Notes: generated by a model from the sequence alone, not told the origin. Counted from the stretch's first letter, positions 1 through 11,301 are shown. The stretch: DNA of 32,000 bases from Candidatus Saccharimonadota bacterium (GCF_000582535.1 NZ_CP006932.1:480001-512000), one strand, 5' to 3'. Made by a program: numbers and translations.

Positions 1-752
1 GTTTCATCTCTTAAATTAAAATTAATTATATTTGTTATTTTAGATTCATTTTTTGTTAATTGCTCAAGAAAAGATTTTAAGCCATCGGGATAATGAAATA
101 AATATTTATTCTCATTTTTTAAATCATAATATTCAATTTTTAATTTTGGATTTAAATATGAAATCTCTTTTATTCTTTCTAAAATTTCATGAGAACTAAA
201 ATTTATTGTTGAAAAGATATTTTTATCTGCTTTAAATTCAATTTCTGTTCCCGTTTGATTAGTATTTCCTAAAATTTTTAATTCACTTACTTTTCGTCCC
301 CCGTTTTTAAATTCAATTTGATATTCTTTATGATCTTTTCAAGTTTTTACAATCAAATATTCAGAAAGTGCATTTACTACTGAAGCACCAACTCCATGTA
401 GTCCTCCTGAAATAAAATATCCAGAATTTTTTCCTCCAAATTTACCACCAGCATGTAATACAGTAAAAATTGTTTCAATTGTTGGTTTTTTTGTCTTAGG
501 ATGAATATCTATAGGAATTCCTCTTCCATCATCTCTTATAATAAGAGAATTATTTTTAGTAAGAGTTATCTTGATTTTAGTTGCAAATCCAGCAAGATGT
601 TCATCTACTGAATTATCAATAATTTCCCGAAATAGTTGATGTAATCCTTTTGATCTTGTATCACCTATATACATTCCTGGACGTTTACGTACAGCATCTA
701 AATTTTCAATTACTTCGATTGAATTAGCATTATAGTCTTTTATTTTTTCCAT
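1..752 (-). CDS. parE: Type IIA topoisomerase ATPase subunit B, N-terminal ~250 codons (ParE favoured over GyrB); 3' end runs off the window
   Basis: ATG at 750-752. [30 protein letters not shown], then GHKL-ATPase motifs [38 protein letters not shown]. Track ORF 339-752 ends at TGA 339-341, and the frame stays open to base 1 if TGA=Trp. ALSEYL and FKNGGRKV, plus a yneF-family gene just upstream, resemble Firmicute ParE more than GyrB (from memory, not aligned). Family call is about 0.95; the ParE-vs-GyrB call is about 0.6. Confidence 0.85.
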
Positions 753-767
753 ATTTTATAAAGCATA

Positions 768-1262
768 TTAAACAAATTTTAATAATTTTGAATCATAAAA
801 AGATTTATTTATTAAAATTAAAAAGGCGTTGAAATTTCTAACTCTTGTTTTTAAAAGAGAATCTTTTAAATTAAGATAAAAATTTAATAATTTATATTCA
901 TTATCTATAGTAAATTGATTACTATTTTTATAATCAAAATACGCATCTAAAAAAATTTCAAATTCTTTTTTATAAGTAAAATTTTTATTATAAAAATTAA
1001 AGACATTAATAATAAAAAGAGCTTTATTATTAATGTCTAGATCTAAAATTTCTTTTGCAATTAGATCAGAAAAATTTTCTTTTATACTTATATTTTCTGA
1101 AATTTGATAAATATAATATTCAAAAAAATGATTATTAAATTTTTCCTTTTTGATTGTAAGATTTATTAATTTTGTAATAAAAGAAAATTTATAAAAATAA
1201 TCTTGCTTTTTTAATCATTTTTTAAAATTTTTATCTTTTTTATAATTACTTAAATTATTCAT
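768..1262 (-). CDS. Hypothetical protein, 164 aa, Asn/Lys/Phe-rich, no TM segment
   Basis: ATG 1260-1262, TAA 768-770, one in-frame TGA (KKWLKK). Absent from the track because TGA splits it. Starts 2 nt after the yneF stop and ends 15 nt before the parE start, so operon placement supports coding. No motif recognised. Confidence 0.55.
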
Positions 1263-1264
1263 AA

Positions 1265-1504
1265 TTATTTTCGTTTTTTATATGTTTGCTTATTTTTCCC
1301 TTTTAAAGCATTCATTGTATTACGAATTTGTGCTTCAGAGGGTTTTCTTCCCATTGATTGAAACATTGCTCGTATCTGTTGTTCTGATATTGGTGGATTT
1401 TTTTTAATTTGTCTTTCAATTAATTTTTTTGTAAAATAAAATGTAAAAAATATAGTAATTGGAAATAAACAAATAAAAACAATTGCAGTAATTTCTCAAG
1501 CCAT
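1265..1504 (-). CDS. yneF: UPF0154 / YneF-family small membrane protein (79 aa)
   Basis: MAWEITAIVFICLFPITIFFTFYFTKKLIERQIKKNPPISEQQIRAMFQSMGRKPSEAQIRNTMNALKGKNK. One N-terminal TM followed by the family-typical NPPI..E..R.M..QMGRKPS..Q core. Codon 3 is TGA=Trp. Not in the track. Confidence 0.8.
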
Positions 1505-1507
1505 AAT

Positions 1508-1990
1508 TTATTTTTCCTTTTTATTATTATTAGATTTTTGTGATTTCTCTTTTTCTCTTTTAATTTGCTCTTTTAATTCTTGTTGTTCTTTTTTAAGTTG
1601 AATTTTCAATTCTTTACGTTCTTCTTTTGTTTGTATTTTTTGCTCTTTCTTAGTTGATTTTAATTGAATTTTGCTTTCCAAATTTTTAACATTTTTTTGA
1701 TAATTAATCTTTTCTTTTTGTATTGCTAAAAGATCTTGTGCTGATTGTGCTTGTTGTTCTTTTTCTTGTAATTGACTTTTAAATTCAACATTTTCAATTA
1801 CTGCTCCTCTTTGCACTTTTGGTTTATTTTTATCAAAAATTGATTTTGTTTTTGCTTTTCAATTTTTAGTTTTATTGTTTAATTTTGGACCATATATTTG
1901 TCAACGAGCGAAAATAATAATTAAAATTAAAAGGAAAATTATTCCTAAAAAGAACATATGCAACAATAAATACTGTGCTCATAATTCCAT
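1508..1990 (-). CDS. Membrane-anchored coiled-coil protein (160 aa), K/E/Q-rich C-terminus
   Basis: ATG 1988-1990. MELWAQYLLLHMFFLGIIFLLILIIIFARWQIYGP (TM), then the long heptad-like QLQEKEQQAQ...KELKIQLKKEQQELKEQIKREKEK. Three in-frame TGA codons join this N-terminus to track ORF 1508-1816, whose apparent start is an internal GTG. Confidence 0.6.
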
Positions 1991-1993
1991 GAG

Positions 1994-3013
1994 TTAATTA
2001 TACATTTTTTCAATCCCTTTATAATATTTTGTATTTTTACTAAGTCTTATAAAATCAACTAAACTTTCTTTATTTTTCATTCAATAAAGCTTTGAATAAT
2101 CAATAAAATTTTGATCAATATAACTAACTTTTGTATTTGGGATTTTTTGTTCAGGAGAATAGCGAAAATAACGTTCTTTAAGTAAAATTGAAGCACAAAA
2201 ATTATCAAAATTTTGATTTACAAGCAAAGAAGAAGAAAAAAGAGATGAAAATTGATTATTTTTGAAACTATCAAAATTAATCATTTTTTTAATTTCAAAC
2301 TCTAAATTTTCTACAAATGTTTGTCCAAATGAAAGAACTTCAATATCTTCAATTTTAATATCCAAATCACCCAATGCAAGAATTATTCCAACCATTGCTG
2401 GGTTATTTGATCATATTCCTCCATCAGCAAAATAATCTTCTGCAAATGAAGATTTGATTGGTTCAAAATAAAAAGGAGCTGCGCATGAAGCATATATTGC
2501 ATTGCGAACTAATTCTTTACGATTTTGTTTGTTTATACTTGAAAAATTTTTTGAAGCAAAAATTACAGGTTTTCCATTAGTTACATTAGAAGCACAAAAA
2601 ACAAAAAATTTATTTACTTTTTTTTCAAAATCATCAAAATTAAGATCTCCTAATTCTTCTGATAGTGATTTTTTTAATTCTTCTGAATCAAATTGTGGAA
2701 AAAATGGTTTTCGTGTTTGCGAAAGAATATCTAATCTTTTTGAAAAAATACGATTAGGAATCTGTTCATATTCTTTATAATATTTTTCAATATCTAATTT
2801 AAGTAAAATTAAAAGAGCAATTATTGATCCTGTTGATGTACCTACAATCATATCAAAATAATCATAAAGATCAATTTGATATTCATCCATAAGTCCCTTA
2901 ATCGCTTTTAATGTAAAAAAACCTTTTACTCCTCCTCCATCAATTGAAAGAATACGGAATTTTTTTGCATTTTTGATATTTTTTTTTGCAATTTCATAAT
3001 TATTTTCATTCAT
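1994..3013 (-). CDS. Patatin-like phospholipase (339 aa)
   Basis: Track ORFs 2411-3013 and 2081-2395 plus a 29-codon tail join through TGA at 2411-2413 and 2081-2083. Oxyanion-hole motif SIDGGGVKG, nucleophile elbow GTSTGS, and catalytic Asp motif FADGGIWSNNP, where the W is a TGA codon. Confidence 0.9.
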
Positions 3014-3028
3014 TTTAATTTCCCTTTT

Positions 3029-4732
3029 TTATTCTATTTTAGTTGGTCCACCCATCATTTCATCTGTTCCTTTAGAAGATTTTGGAAATGCTATTATTTC
3101 TTTAATACTATCAATTTTTAACATAATTGCAATTAATCTATCAAGCCCTAAGGCTATTCCTCCATGAGTAGGAATTCCATATTTTTGTGCTTCCAATAAG
3201 AAAGCAAAATCATTTTCAATTTCTTTCTTTTTAAGATTTAAAATTTCGAAAATTCTTTTCTGAATTATTGGATCAATTATCCTTAAAGCTCCTCCACCAA
3301 TTTCTATACCATTTAAAACAATATCATAAGCTTCAGAATTTAATTTTAATAATTCTTCTTTTTCATTTATCTTTAAATTTCAAAAAAGATCAAAATCATC
3401 TTTTTTAAAATTTGTAAATGGATTATGCATTGAACCTAATTTTAGATCTTTTAATAATTCGAATAAAGGAAAATCTTCAACTCAAACAAAATTAAATTGA
3501 TTTTGATCAAATAATTTATTATCAATTGCTATCTTAATTCTTAATTTTCCTATAATTTCTTTTGCTTTTAAATCCTTATCTTTAATTAAAATTAATGAAA
3601 ATTGCTTACTATTTTTCAAATTTTGCTTTTGTAAGAAAATAAAATTAAGAATTTTCTGATGATTTATGTTTTTTAAATTAGTATTAATTAATTTATTTTC
3701 TTTAAAAGCAAGAAAGCTAAAATCACTTTTTGCTTTAATTTTTAAAAGGTAATTTTTGATTTTTGATTCACTTAAAATAAAAGGAAAATAAATTCCAATT
3801 AGAGATTGATCATTTTGCAAAGAAATATTTAAATCTTTTTTTAATAAATTAAAATTATAAATTTTTTCTGGATATCTTAAATCTGGTTTATCAATTCCAT
3901 AATTATCAATTGCTTCTTGATATTTTAAAGTTTGAAATGGTTTTTTTACTTTAATTTTTAATAATTTATCAAACAAATTAACTAAAAGATTTTCAATTAT
4001 TTCTTTTATTTCTTCTTTTGTTGTAAATGATTTTTCAAGATCTAATTGTGTAAATTCTAATTGTCGATCTTTTCTTAAATCTTCATCGCGATAACATCTT
4101 GCAATTTGATAATACTTTTCTATTCCTCCATACATAAGTAATTGTTTATAAATTTGAGGAGATTGAACTAATCCATATTGATAACCAGGATGATTTTTTG
4201 ATAAAACTCTAAATTCACTTGCACCACCAAAAGTTAATTTTGTAATTGTTGGTGTTTCAATTTCCAAGAAATCTAGTTTATCAAAATAGGTGCGAATTAA
4301 TTTATTAAAATTAGAACGGAATTTTAATATGTTGTAAACATTATTTCTTCTAATATCAAGATATCGATAACGCATCCTTAATGGTTCTAAGCCATCTGTT
4401 TGATCAGCAATTATAAAAGGTAATGTTTTTGCTTTTGAGATTATATTTAAATTATCAGCAATTATCTCAATTGTTCCTGTTTTTAAATTTTTATTAATAT
4501 TTTTTCGTTTATTTAAAACTCCCTCTACTAAAATTACATCTTCTTTTGTAAGATTTTTTGCAATTTTATAAATATCTTCTGTTTTATTAGTAACAACAAC
4601 TTGAATGATTTTTCCTGAATTTCGTAAGTCAAAAAAAATTAAATCACCAAGTTTACGAATTTTATCAATTCAACCTGTCAATTTAATCTTTTTATTTATA
4701 TCTTTTTCTGTAAGATTAAAATTATTATTCAT
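3029..4732 (-). CDS. aspS: Aspartyl-tRNA synthetase (567 aa)
   Basis: ATG 4730-4732. N-terminal OB fold (KIKLTGWIDKIRKLGDLIFFDLRNSGKIIQVV), class II motif 2 region FRVL...SPQIYKQLLMYGGIEKYYQIARCYRDEDLRKDRQLEFTQLD, and motif 3 PTHGGIALGLDRLIAIM. Several in-frame TGA=Trp codons. TAA 3029-3031. Confidence 0.95.
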
Positions 4733-4749
4733 AATAATAATTATATTTT

Positions 4750-5310
4750 TTAATTAAAAAATTTTACTAATTGATCAGCAAATTTAATTGCTGTACGAAA
4801 ATCAAGTCCAGTCATAATATTACCATCAATTACAATTGAACATTCTTGATCTGCTTTACAATTTAAATTTTTTATTCTTGCGCCATTTGCAATTAAAATA
4901 CTTTGATATTTTTTAGCTGGATAACAAATAGCATATTTTTCTTTTAAATATCCACGATTTGCAAGTAAAATAGGTGCTGCACAAATTGCTGCAACCTTTT
5001 TGTTTTTTTTAACAAAATGTTCAAGAATTTTTGAAGTATATTCAGATTTATCAAGTCTTGAAACATTTGCATCTCCTCCCGGAATCATTAAATAATTAAA
5101 ATCATTTAGCTTTGCAATTATTGATTGTAATGTTTCTTTTACTAATACATTAAGACCAGATGCAGAAGTAACATAATTTTTATTGTCTTCTAATAAATAA
5201 GCAACCTCAACATTAAATCCTCATCTTTTGAGAATATCAAAAGATGCTGTAAATTCTAAATCTTCATAACCATTGGCTACAATTATTAAAACATTATTAT
5301 TTTTACTCAT
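4750..5310 (-). CDS. DJ-1/PfpI/ThiJ-family protein (186 aa)
   Basis: MSKNNNVLIIVANGYEDLEFTASFDILKRWGF...LMIPGG...VAAICAAPILLA (nucleophile-elbow Cys). One TGA joins the N-terminus (ATG 5308-5310) to track ORF 4750-5088. Confidence 0.85.
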
Positions 5311-5497
5311 TTTTGTCCTTCATATCAAAATTATTATCAAGATATTTTTTTTCATCTTCTTTTAATTGTTTACGATCATGTCTTTTAATAATAAAGGCGA
5401 ATAGTAAATAAAAAAATATAAAGATTAACAAAAAAACAGAAAGTGCAATCATTACATATGCAGCAGCACCAATTTGATAATTTTTCTTCATTTTCAT
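5303..5497 (-). CDS. Small single-pass membrane protein (64 aa)
   Basis: Start taken at the internal MKMKKNYQIGAAAYVMIALSVFLLIFIFFYLLFAFIIKRHDRKQ. The longer track start at 5560 would overlap the upstream gene by 50 nt. The 3' end overlaps the DJ-1 start by 8 nt. No homology recognised. Confidence 0.45.
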   Translation of the reverse strand: MKMKKNYQIGAAAYVMIALSVFLLIFIFFYLLFAFIIKRHDRKQLKEDEKKYLDNNFDMKDKNE

Positions 5498-5510
5498 TAT
5501 TTTGTAATTT

Positions 5511-5846
5511 TTATTGTTCTCTTTGTTCTTTTTGAAGTTTTTGAATTTTCTTAACTTCATCAGGTGTTAATTTCATTGATGCATTTACTAAATTTGCATG
5601 AAACTTAATAATTTCATCTTCTGCTTTTTTAAGTTCTTCTTCAGTTTGATCTTTTGGATTTACAGAAAAAACACGATAATAAGATTCATCATAATTCATT
5701 AAAATTTTTACTTCAAATTTCTTTAAATCCGCACGAATTTCTCTTATTTGCTCATAATTAAAAATTTGAGCAGCAATCTCAACATCACCCTTCGCAAGCA
5801 ATATTAAAGAATTTTTAGACATAAATATTCTTCTAAAGTTTTCCAT
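5511..5846 (-). CDS. Hypothetical soluble protein (111 aa)
   Basis: The ATG at 5844-5846 directly abuts the hisS stop (TAA 5847-5849). Charged, helical-looking C-terminus (TEEELKKAEDEIIKFHANL...KKIQKLQKEQREQ). No family recognised. Confidence 0.55.
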   Translation of the reverse strand: MENFRRIFMSKNSLILLAKGDVEIAAQIFNYEQIREIRADLKKFEVKILMNYDESYYRVFSVNPKDQTEEELKKAEDEIIKFHANLVNASMKLTPDEVKKIQKLQKEQREQ

Positions 5847-7100
5847 TTATATTTTGTCGATTGATATTTCCTTTTCTTTTTTTGATTTTATATCTTTCAA
5901 TATAATTTTATTATTTTTTATTTCATTTCCAACAATTATCGCAAAATCAAAATTATTTTTAATTGATCAAAGTAATTTTTTATTAAATTTTTGTTTATTG
6001 TAATTTATATAAACATTTTTATTTTTATTTCTTAAATATTGTCCTAATTTATAACCTTTTTCATAATATTCTTCTGAAATAGGTAATATTACATAATATA
6101 ATTCTTTTGAATAATTTTTTTCAATATAATCATTTGCAATTAACATTAATCTTTCAATTCCTAATGCAAATCCAATTGCTTTTGCATCTTTTGTATGATC
6201 TAAATTATTCAGAAGAGAATCATATCTTCCTCCACCAATAATTGTTGCTTGTGCTCCCAATATATTATTCTTATCACCAACAAACTCAAATACTAAATTA
6301 TTATAATAATCAAGTCCTCTTACTAAAAAGGGATTTATTTTATAATTTATTTTTTTTTCTTCTAAAAATTTAATAATTAAATTTAAATCATCTTTTTCTT
6401 CTTTTTTTAAATAATCTATAATTTTAGGAGCATCTTTTAATAATAAAAGATCATTTTGATCTTTTGTATCTAAAATTCTTAAAACATTATTTTCAAATCT
6501 AATTTTTGAATCATTTGATAACTCAGCTTTTTTTGTTTGCAAATAATTTTTTAAATCTTTAATATAATTTTTTCTTGTTTGTAATGAGCCTATTGAATTT
6601 ATTTCTAAATGGTAATTTTTGATTTTAAATTTTTCTAAAATAGTAATTGCTAAATCTAAAATTTCATAGTCTGAATAAATTGAAGAAGAATTTATAAATT
6701 CAACACCAAATTGTAAAAACTCTCTTTGTCTTCCTTTTTGGGGTCTCTCATATCGGAACATATTTTCAAAATAAAAAAATCTTAAATCATTTTGTTTATT
6801 TTCTAATAATTTATTTTCTAAAATTAAACGCATAGTTGATGCTGTTCCTTCTGGTTTAAGAACAATCTTACGATTTTTTCGATCCGAAATTTGATACATT
6901 TCCTTATTTACAATATCTGTATCATTTCCAACAGTTTTTTGAAATAAACTCTGATACTCTAAAGTTGGAAGTTTAATTGGTTTAAAATAATAATTTTTTG
7001 CAATTTCTCTTAATTTATTATTTACAAATTCTAATTTTAAAGCTTCTTCAAAATAATAATCTCTTGTTCCTTTAATTTTTTGGTAAACTATTTTATTCAT
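5847..7100 (-). CDS. hisS: Histidyl-tRNA synthetase (417 aa)
   Basis: MNKIVYQKIKGTRDYY..., LKPEGTAS, RFFYFENMFRYERPQKGRQREFLQFGVE, GGGRYD. Start chosen at ATG 7098-7100, just after the upstream stop; the track's 7121 start overlaps the upstream gene. TGA at 5967-5969 is read as Trp, adding 40 codons of anticodon-binding domain (WSIKNNFDFAIIVGNEI...). Confidence 0.95.
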
Positions 7101-7101
7101 A

Positions 7102-10100
7102 TTAATCATTAATCCCTTCAATTATTTCCTCAATTACAACATCTTCTTGTTTTGCTAAAATTTGATCACGTTCTTTTCTTCTATTTTTATTTTCTTTAAA
7201 TCTTCGTTCTAATTTGTTTACAATTGTTGGATAAACAAAAATTGTCGAAATAAGTGAAATAATTGTAAATATTATCGTATATACAAAAATAATTAAACTT
7301 ATTTTCCCTAGTATAATCATTGCAAAAATTGAAAGTAAAAAGTTTAAGATAAACAATAAAAATATTACTAGTAAAAAATGATCTTTAAATTTATATTCTT
7401 GTTCTTCTGTTTTTTTAAGAATTAAAAATTTTGCAAAAAAACTCATAAAAATTGAAAGCAATATTGCAAAAATAATCATATTTGCAAAAGGCGTAAAAAT
7501 AAGTAATGTAAATGTAATAGCAAATAAAACTTCTAGAATAACTGTTATTAAACTAGAAATTGTAACAGCAAAGCGATACATAATTACTCCAAAGAAAAAA
7601 AATGATATTAAAATTAAAAGAATTGCTAAAAAAATATTTAAAGTTTGATAATTTAATGTTGTATCTTTTAAATTATTCACAGAATAATCTAGAAGATTTA
7701 AATCATTAAAATATATTGTAGGAGCTAAAATAATTCCTTCTTGTTGATTTAAGTTACTAGAATTATTATCATAACTATCCTTATAATAAGTTCTTCAATC
7801 ATCATTTGCTATTGAAAGTGAGGAAGTAGGGATTAATTGATAATAATATTGATAATCGTAATAAATAGGAGAATTTTGCAATTGTCCATAATAAGCATAT
7901 TTTAAATTATATTGTTCATCTGCTGTATTATAAATATTTTGATAAAGATCATTGTTTATTGCAAGAAACATTTCTTCTGTAATTTCTGTGCTAGAATAAA
8001 TGGCAATACCATATGTAAATTGATAATCATAATGAACAATTGTACTTTCTTCATTTTCATCTGGCTTATATGTATTTTGATAAATAAGTTTATCATAACG
8101 AATAATTTGATAATGATTAACATTTACATTATTTTCTTCGAAAATATCAATAATATCATCAATATTTTCTTTTAATTCATTAATATGATCTTTTTGATTT
8201 TGTGGATCTTGCAAACGTTCAATAGATGTTAATTCATCATTATCTTGATAACTTGCATATGTATCTTTTGTTGAAGTTTGATAGGTTTTTACAATATCAT
8301 ATCGATAATAGGAGTCATTTAAAAATCTTGTATTAACACCACTACCATTTTTATAATGATTTAATGTAAAAGCTGCTCCAAATAAAATTGAACTTATCAT
8401 TGTTAAAATAAATAAAACTTTAAATGAGTTTGTATTTTTTTGTACTTTAATTAATTTTTTATCATTATAAAATTTATTATTTTTAAAAATTCTTTCTTCG
8501 TTTATTCCAATAAAATAATTTCATATTTTGTTTTCTTTTGTAAAATTAATATCTGTAAAATTTGTAATAGAATCAATCAAAAATATTATAAGAGGTAAAA
8601 TTAAATAATTAATAATTAAAAAGTAAAATATTGCAAATACTAAGAAATAAACAAATAATTGAACACTAATTGGTAATAAAATTCCACCAATCAAAAAAGA
8701 AATTAAAATAACAAAAATTGAAGGTAAAAAGGCAATTGAAAATTCTTGCATTACTTTTTTATATTTCGTTTTGTGATTTCATAATTTATTATCAATTTTC
8801 TTATATCTTTGTAATAAATAAAATGTAAATAAACTAGAAATTAAAACAATAATAAAAAGAGCAGCAATTAAAGCAAATGAAATTGGAAGAGCAAATAAGT
8901 AAATGAAATAAGCAAACAATAATCCAAATAATAAATTATTAGATGAAGCTATAACTCCTAATAAACCAAATCAAATAAAAAAGAAAAAAGCAACTAAAAT
9001 CACAAAAGTAATAAAAAGTCAAAAAATTCATCCCAAATCCTTAATTGAATTATTTTGATAAATTAAATTATAATTTTCTATTTCTAAATCAAAATATTGT
9101 TCTGTATTGGAAAAATTAATTCTTTCTACAATATTATTTGCTTTTGCAACAGTAAAATCACCAGTAATTGCAAAATAATCATTATATACACTAGAAGAAT
9201 TATTTTGAATTTGACCAATTGTAACAAAATAAGGTTCAGCAATTTTTTTTGTTAATTCTTGTGTTGGATTTCCTTCTGAATCTTTATGAGTATAAGTATA
9301 AACATTCTCTTGTGGTTGCTCTCCTGTTGGATCATAATCTGAAGGAACATAATCGAATATCCCTTGATCTGTTCCCTCGAGTAAGATATTTTCTAATTGA
9401 CTATAATCAAATCAAATTGTTCAATAAATAGCATTAGGATCACTAGATAAACCCGAAGCAGCTTGCTCTTCATATCAACTTAAAGCATCACGAAAAATTG
9501 CTGAATCTTTTGGATAAATTTTAATATAAGGATTACCTTGTGAATAATCTACTTCTGCTTTTGCAATTAAATTACCTTGAGAATTTGTTGCTTCTAAATT
9601 ATTTTCATAAGATGATACATCTTCCGAATTAGTAATTGGAGGTTCTACAAATTGTTGTCCATCAGGAAATAATAATTCACCATTATAACTTCTAAATTCA
9701 AGATAACTTTGATTTATAAGTGTTGCTTGTAAATAAATTATTTCTTCTAATAATGCAATTTGTGCATCATCAGAAAAAGGTTTATCTACTAATTCATCAC
9801 CATAATTTCCATTTTTTATAGATGTAATTGGCATATTTATTAAAATAGTATCATCATCAACAACATAAACTTCACTATTATAATAATCTTTATTTTGTTC
9901 TAATTGATCATTAAAATAATTTGCTAATTTGTAAATCTCTTTTTCTTGATTAACATCTACACTTTTTCAGTCTACCCCAATTTCAAATTGATAATAATTT
10001 TTAAAATTACTACTAACTTGATAATGATTTGGATTACTGTAATTTAACAAACCAAAAACAGAACCAACAAGAATTAAAAGAAAAAAGAAAAAAGAAAAAA

Positions 10101-10164
10101 ATATAGTAATTATTTTTCTTTTTTCTTTTTGATCTTTATTTCTGCTTTTTGATTCACTTTTCAC
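7102..10164 (-). CDS. Large 12-TM membrane protein with SecDF topology (1020 aa); putative, highly diverged protein-export membrane protein SecDF
   Basis: Five track ORFs (9967-10164, 9475-9834, 8521-8751, 7795-8400, 7102-7680) and the gaps between them form one frame when TGA=Trp. I walked every codon from 8752 to 9477 and across the other gaps and found no TAA or TAG. Topology is TM1, ~330-aa exo-domain, 5 TM with a basic loop after the third, then TM, ~250-aa exo-domain, 5 TM with a charged loop after the third. That is the SecD+SecF pattern. It sits upstream of hisS-aspS as secDF does in Bacillus. The only start available is GTG 10162-10164, with an in-frame TAA at 10174-10176. I could not recognise conserved SecD/SecF residues by eye. 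Confidence 0.55.
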
Positions 10165-10216
10165 GATTATAAATTAAAATTATTAATCAAATAATAATAT
10201 ATTTATTATTATAAAT

Positions 10217-11170
10217 CTATTTTATTGCAGCTAATGCTTTTTTAGTTGTCTCTTTCAAAATAGAAACAGATTTTTTAAATTGTAATAATTCTTCCTTTGA
10301 TAATGGAAATTGATATGTACAAACAATTCCATTTCTACCAATAACTGAAGGAACCCCAGCATAAACACCTTTTTCTCCATATTCTCCGTTTAATAAAGAA
10401 CCTGTAGAAAAGATTTTTCTTTCATCGCGAATAATAGATTGAGAAATTTCTGCTAACACAGCACCAATTCCATAAAAAGTTGCTCTTTTTCTATTAATTA
10501 TTTCATAAGCTTTCATATAAACTTTTTTATGAATTTCTGCTTTTTTACTAGCATCTATTTTTTTATCAGCATAATGATCTTTTAATGGAATCCCATTTAA
10601 AGTTGCAAATTCAAGTGTTGATACTGATGAATCTCCATGTTCACCCATTACAAACATATTTAAATCCTTAGGATTTACATTGAATATTTTTGAGAATTCA
10701 AATTTTAATCTGTTTGTATCTAATGTACATGAAGAAGAAATAACTTTTTTAGAATCAAAATTAGTAACATATTGATAAACGGTTGTCATTACATCAACAG
10801 GATTTGATGCGATTAATGTTATTCCATCAAATTTTGCTTTTTTTACTTCTAATGCAATTTGTTTCATTATTTTTGCATTATCAGCAACCATTTCTAAACG
10901 TGTTTCTCCTGGTTTTTGTGGACGCCCTGCCGTAATAACAACAAGATCAGCATCTTTTAAAAGACTATAATCTCCACTCTTTACAGAAAAAAATGATGGA
11001 GCTGAAGGAGAAGCATCTTCGAAATCTAGTTCTTGTCCTTTTGCCGCATCTTTATTTACATCAATTATTGCATATTCATCCGCTACACCTTTAGACATTG
11101 CTCAATAAAGAAACGATGTCCCTACTGCACCAGCACCAATTAAAACAATTTTGTTTGTTGTTTTCTTCAT
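10217..11170 (-). CDS. ldh: L-lactate dehydrogenase (317 aa)
   Basis: MKKTTNKIVLIGAGAVGTSFLYWAM (Rossmann GxGxxG; W=TGA), ITAGRPQKPGETRLEM (Gln at the substrate-specificity position, so LDH rather than MDH), NPVD, GEHGDS. Confidence 0.93.
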
Positions 11171-11301
11171 AAATAAATCTTTTAATTTTCTCCTTATTTA
11201 ATAATCTAAAATTAATATTACAAATATATTTTAAAACAAATAGGCAAATAAATATAATTTATTATTAAAAGATATAATTTTAAAAATAATGATTTATTAT
11301 A

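Noticed and set aside
2502-2780. 92-aa plus-strand ORF in the track
   Set aside because: It lies entirely antisense to the well-supported patatin gene, has low-complexity Phe/Ser/Lys composition and no start context. This is a typical shadow ORF of AT-rich DNA.
1994-3013. Patatin gene as a CBASS/anti-phage effector
   Set aside because: No CD-NTase/cyclase, SAVED, TIR, STING or other sensor gene is adjacent. The neighbours are aspS and small membrane proteins in a housekeeping operon.
5498-5560. Longer N-terminus (MKLRKFKNFKKNKENNKNYKI...) for the small membrane protein
   Set aside because: It would overlap the 3' end of the upstream 111-aa gene by 50 nt in another frame. The internal MKMKK start just after that gene's stop is more parsimonious. 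It remains uncertain.
7101-7121. hisS start at 7121 (MKGLMINM...) as in the track
   Set aside because: It overlaps the upstream gene. MNKIVYQKIKGTRDYY at 7100 matches the usual HisRS N-terminus length. This changes only the start coordinate.
7912-8175. 87-aa plus-strand ORF in the track
   Set aside because: It is antisense to the SecDF-like gene's second exo-domain and is Ile/Asn/Phe-rich low-complexity sequence. Shadow ORF.
9249-9431. 60-aa plus-strand ORF in the track
   Set aside because: It is antisense to the continuous 7102-10164 reading frame, which I checked codon by codon here. No support.
7102-10164. Reading the five ORF fragments as a decayed pseudogene
   Set aside because: Every interruption is TGA and never TAA or TAG. 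The frame never shifts, and the same TGA=Trp rule is needed for conserved Trp residues in housekeeping genes.
11171-11301. Divergent promoter/operator region between ldh and the plus-strand gene
   Set aside because: A TATAAT at 11273-11278 is plausible for the plus-strand gene. I could not define convincing -35/-10 pairs for ldh or any palindrome. The GGAGA at about 11189-11193 is 18 nt from the ldh ATG, too far to call an SD.
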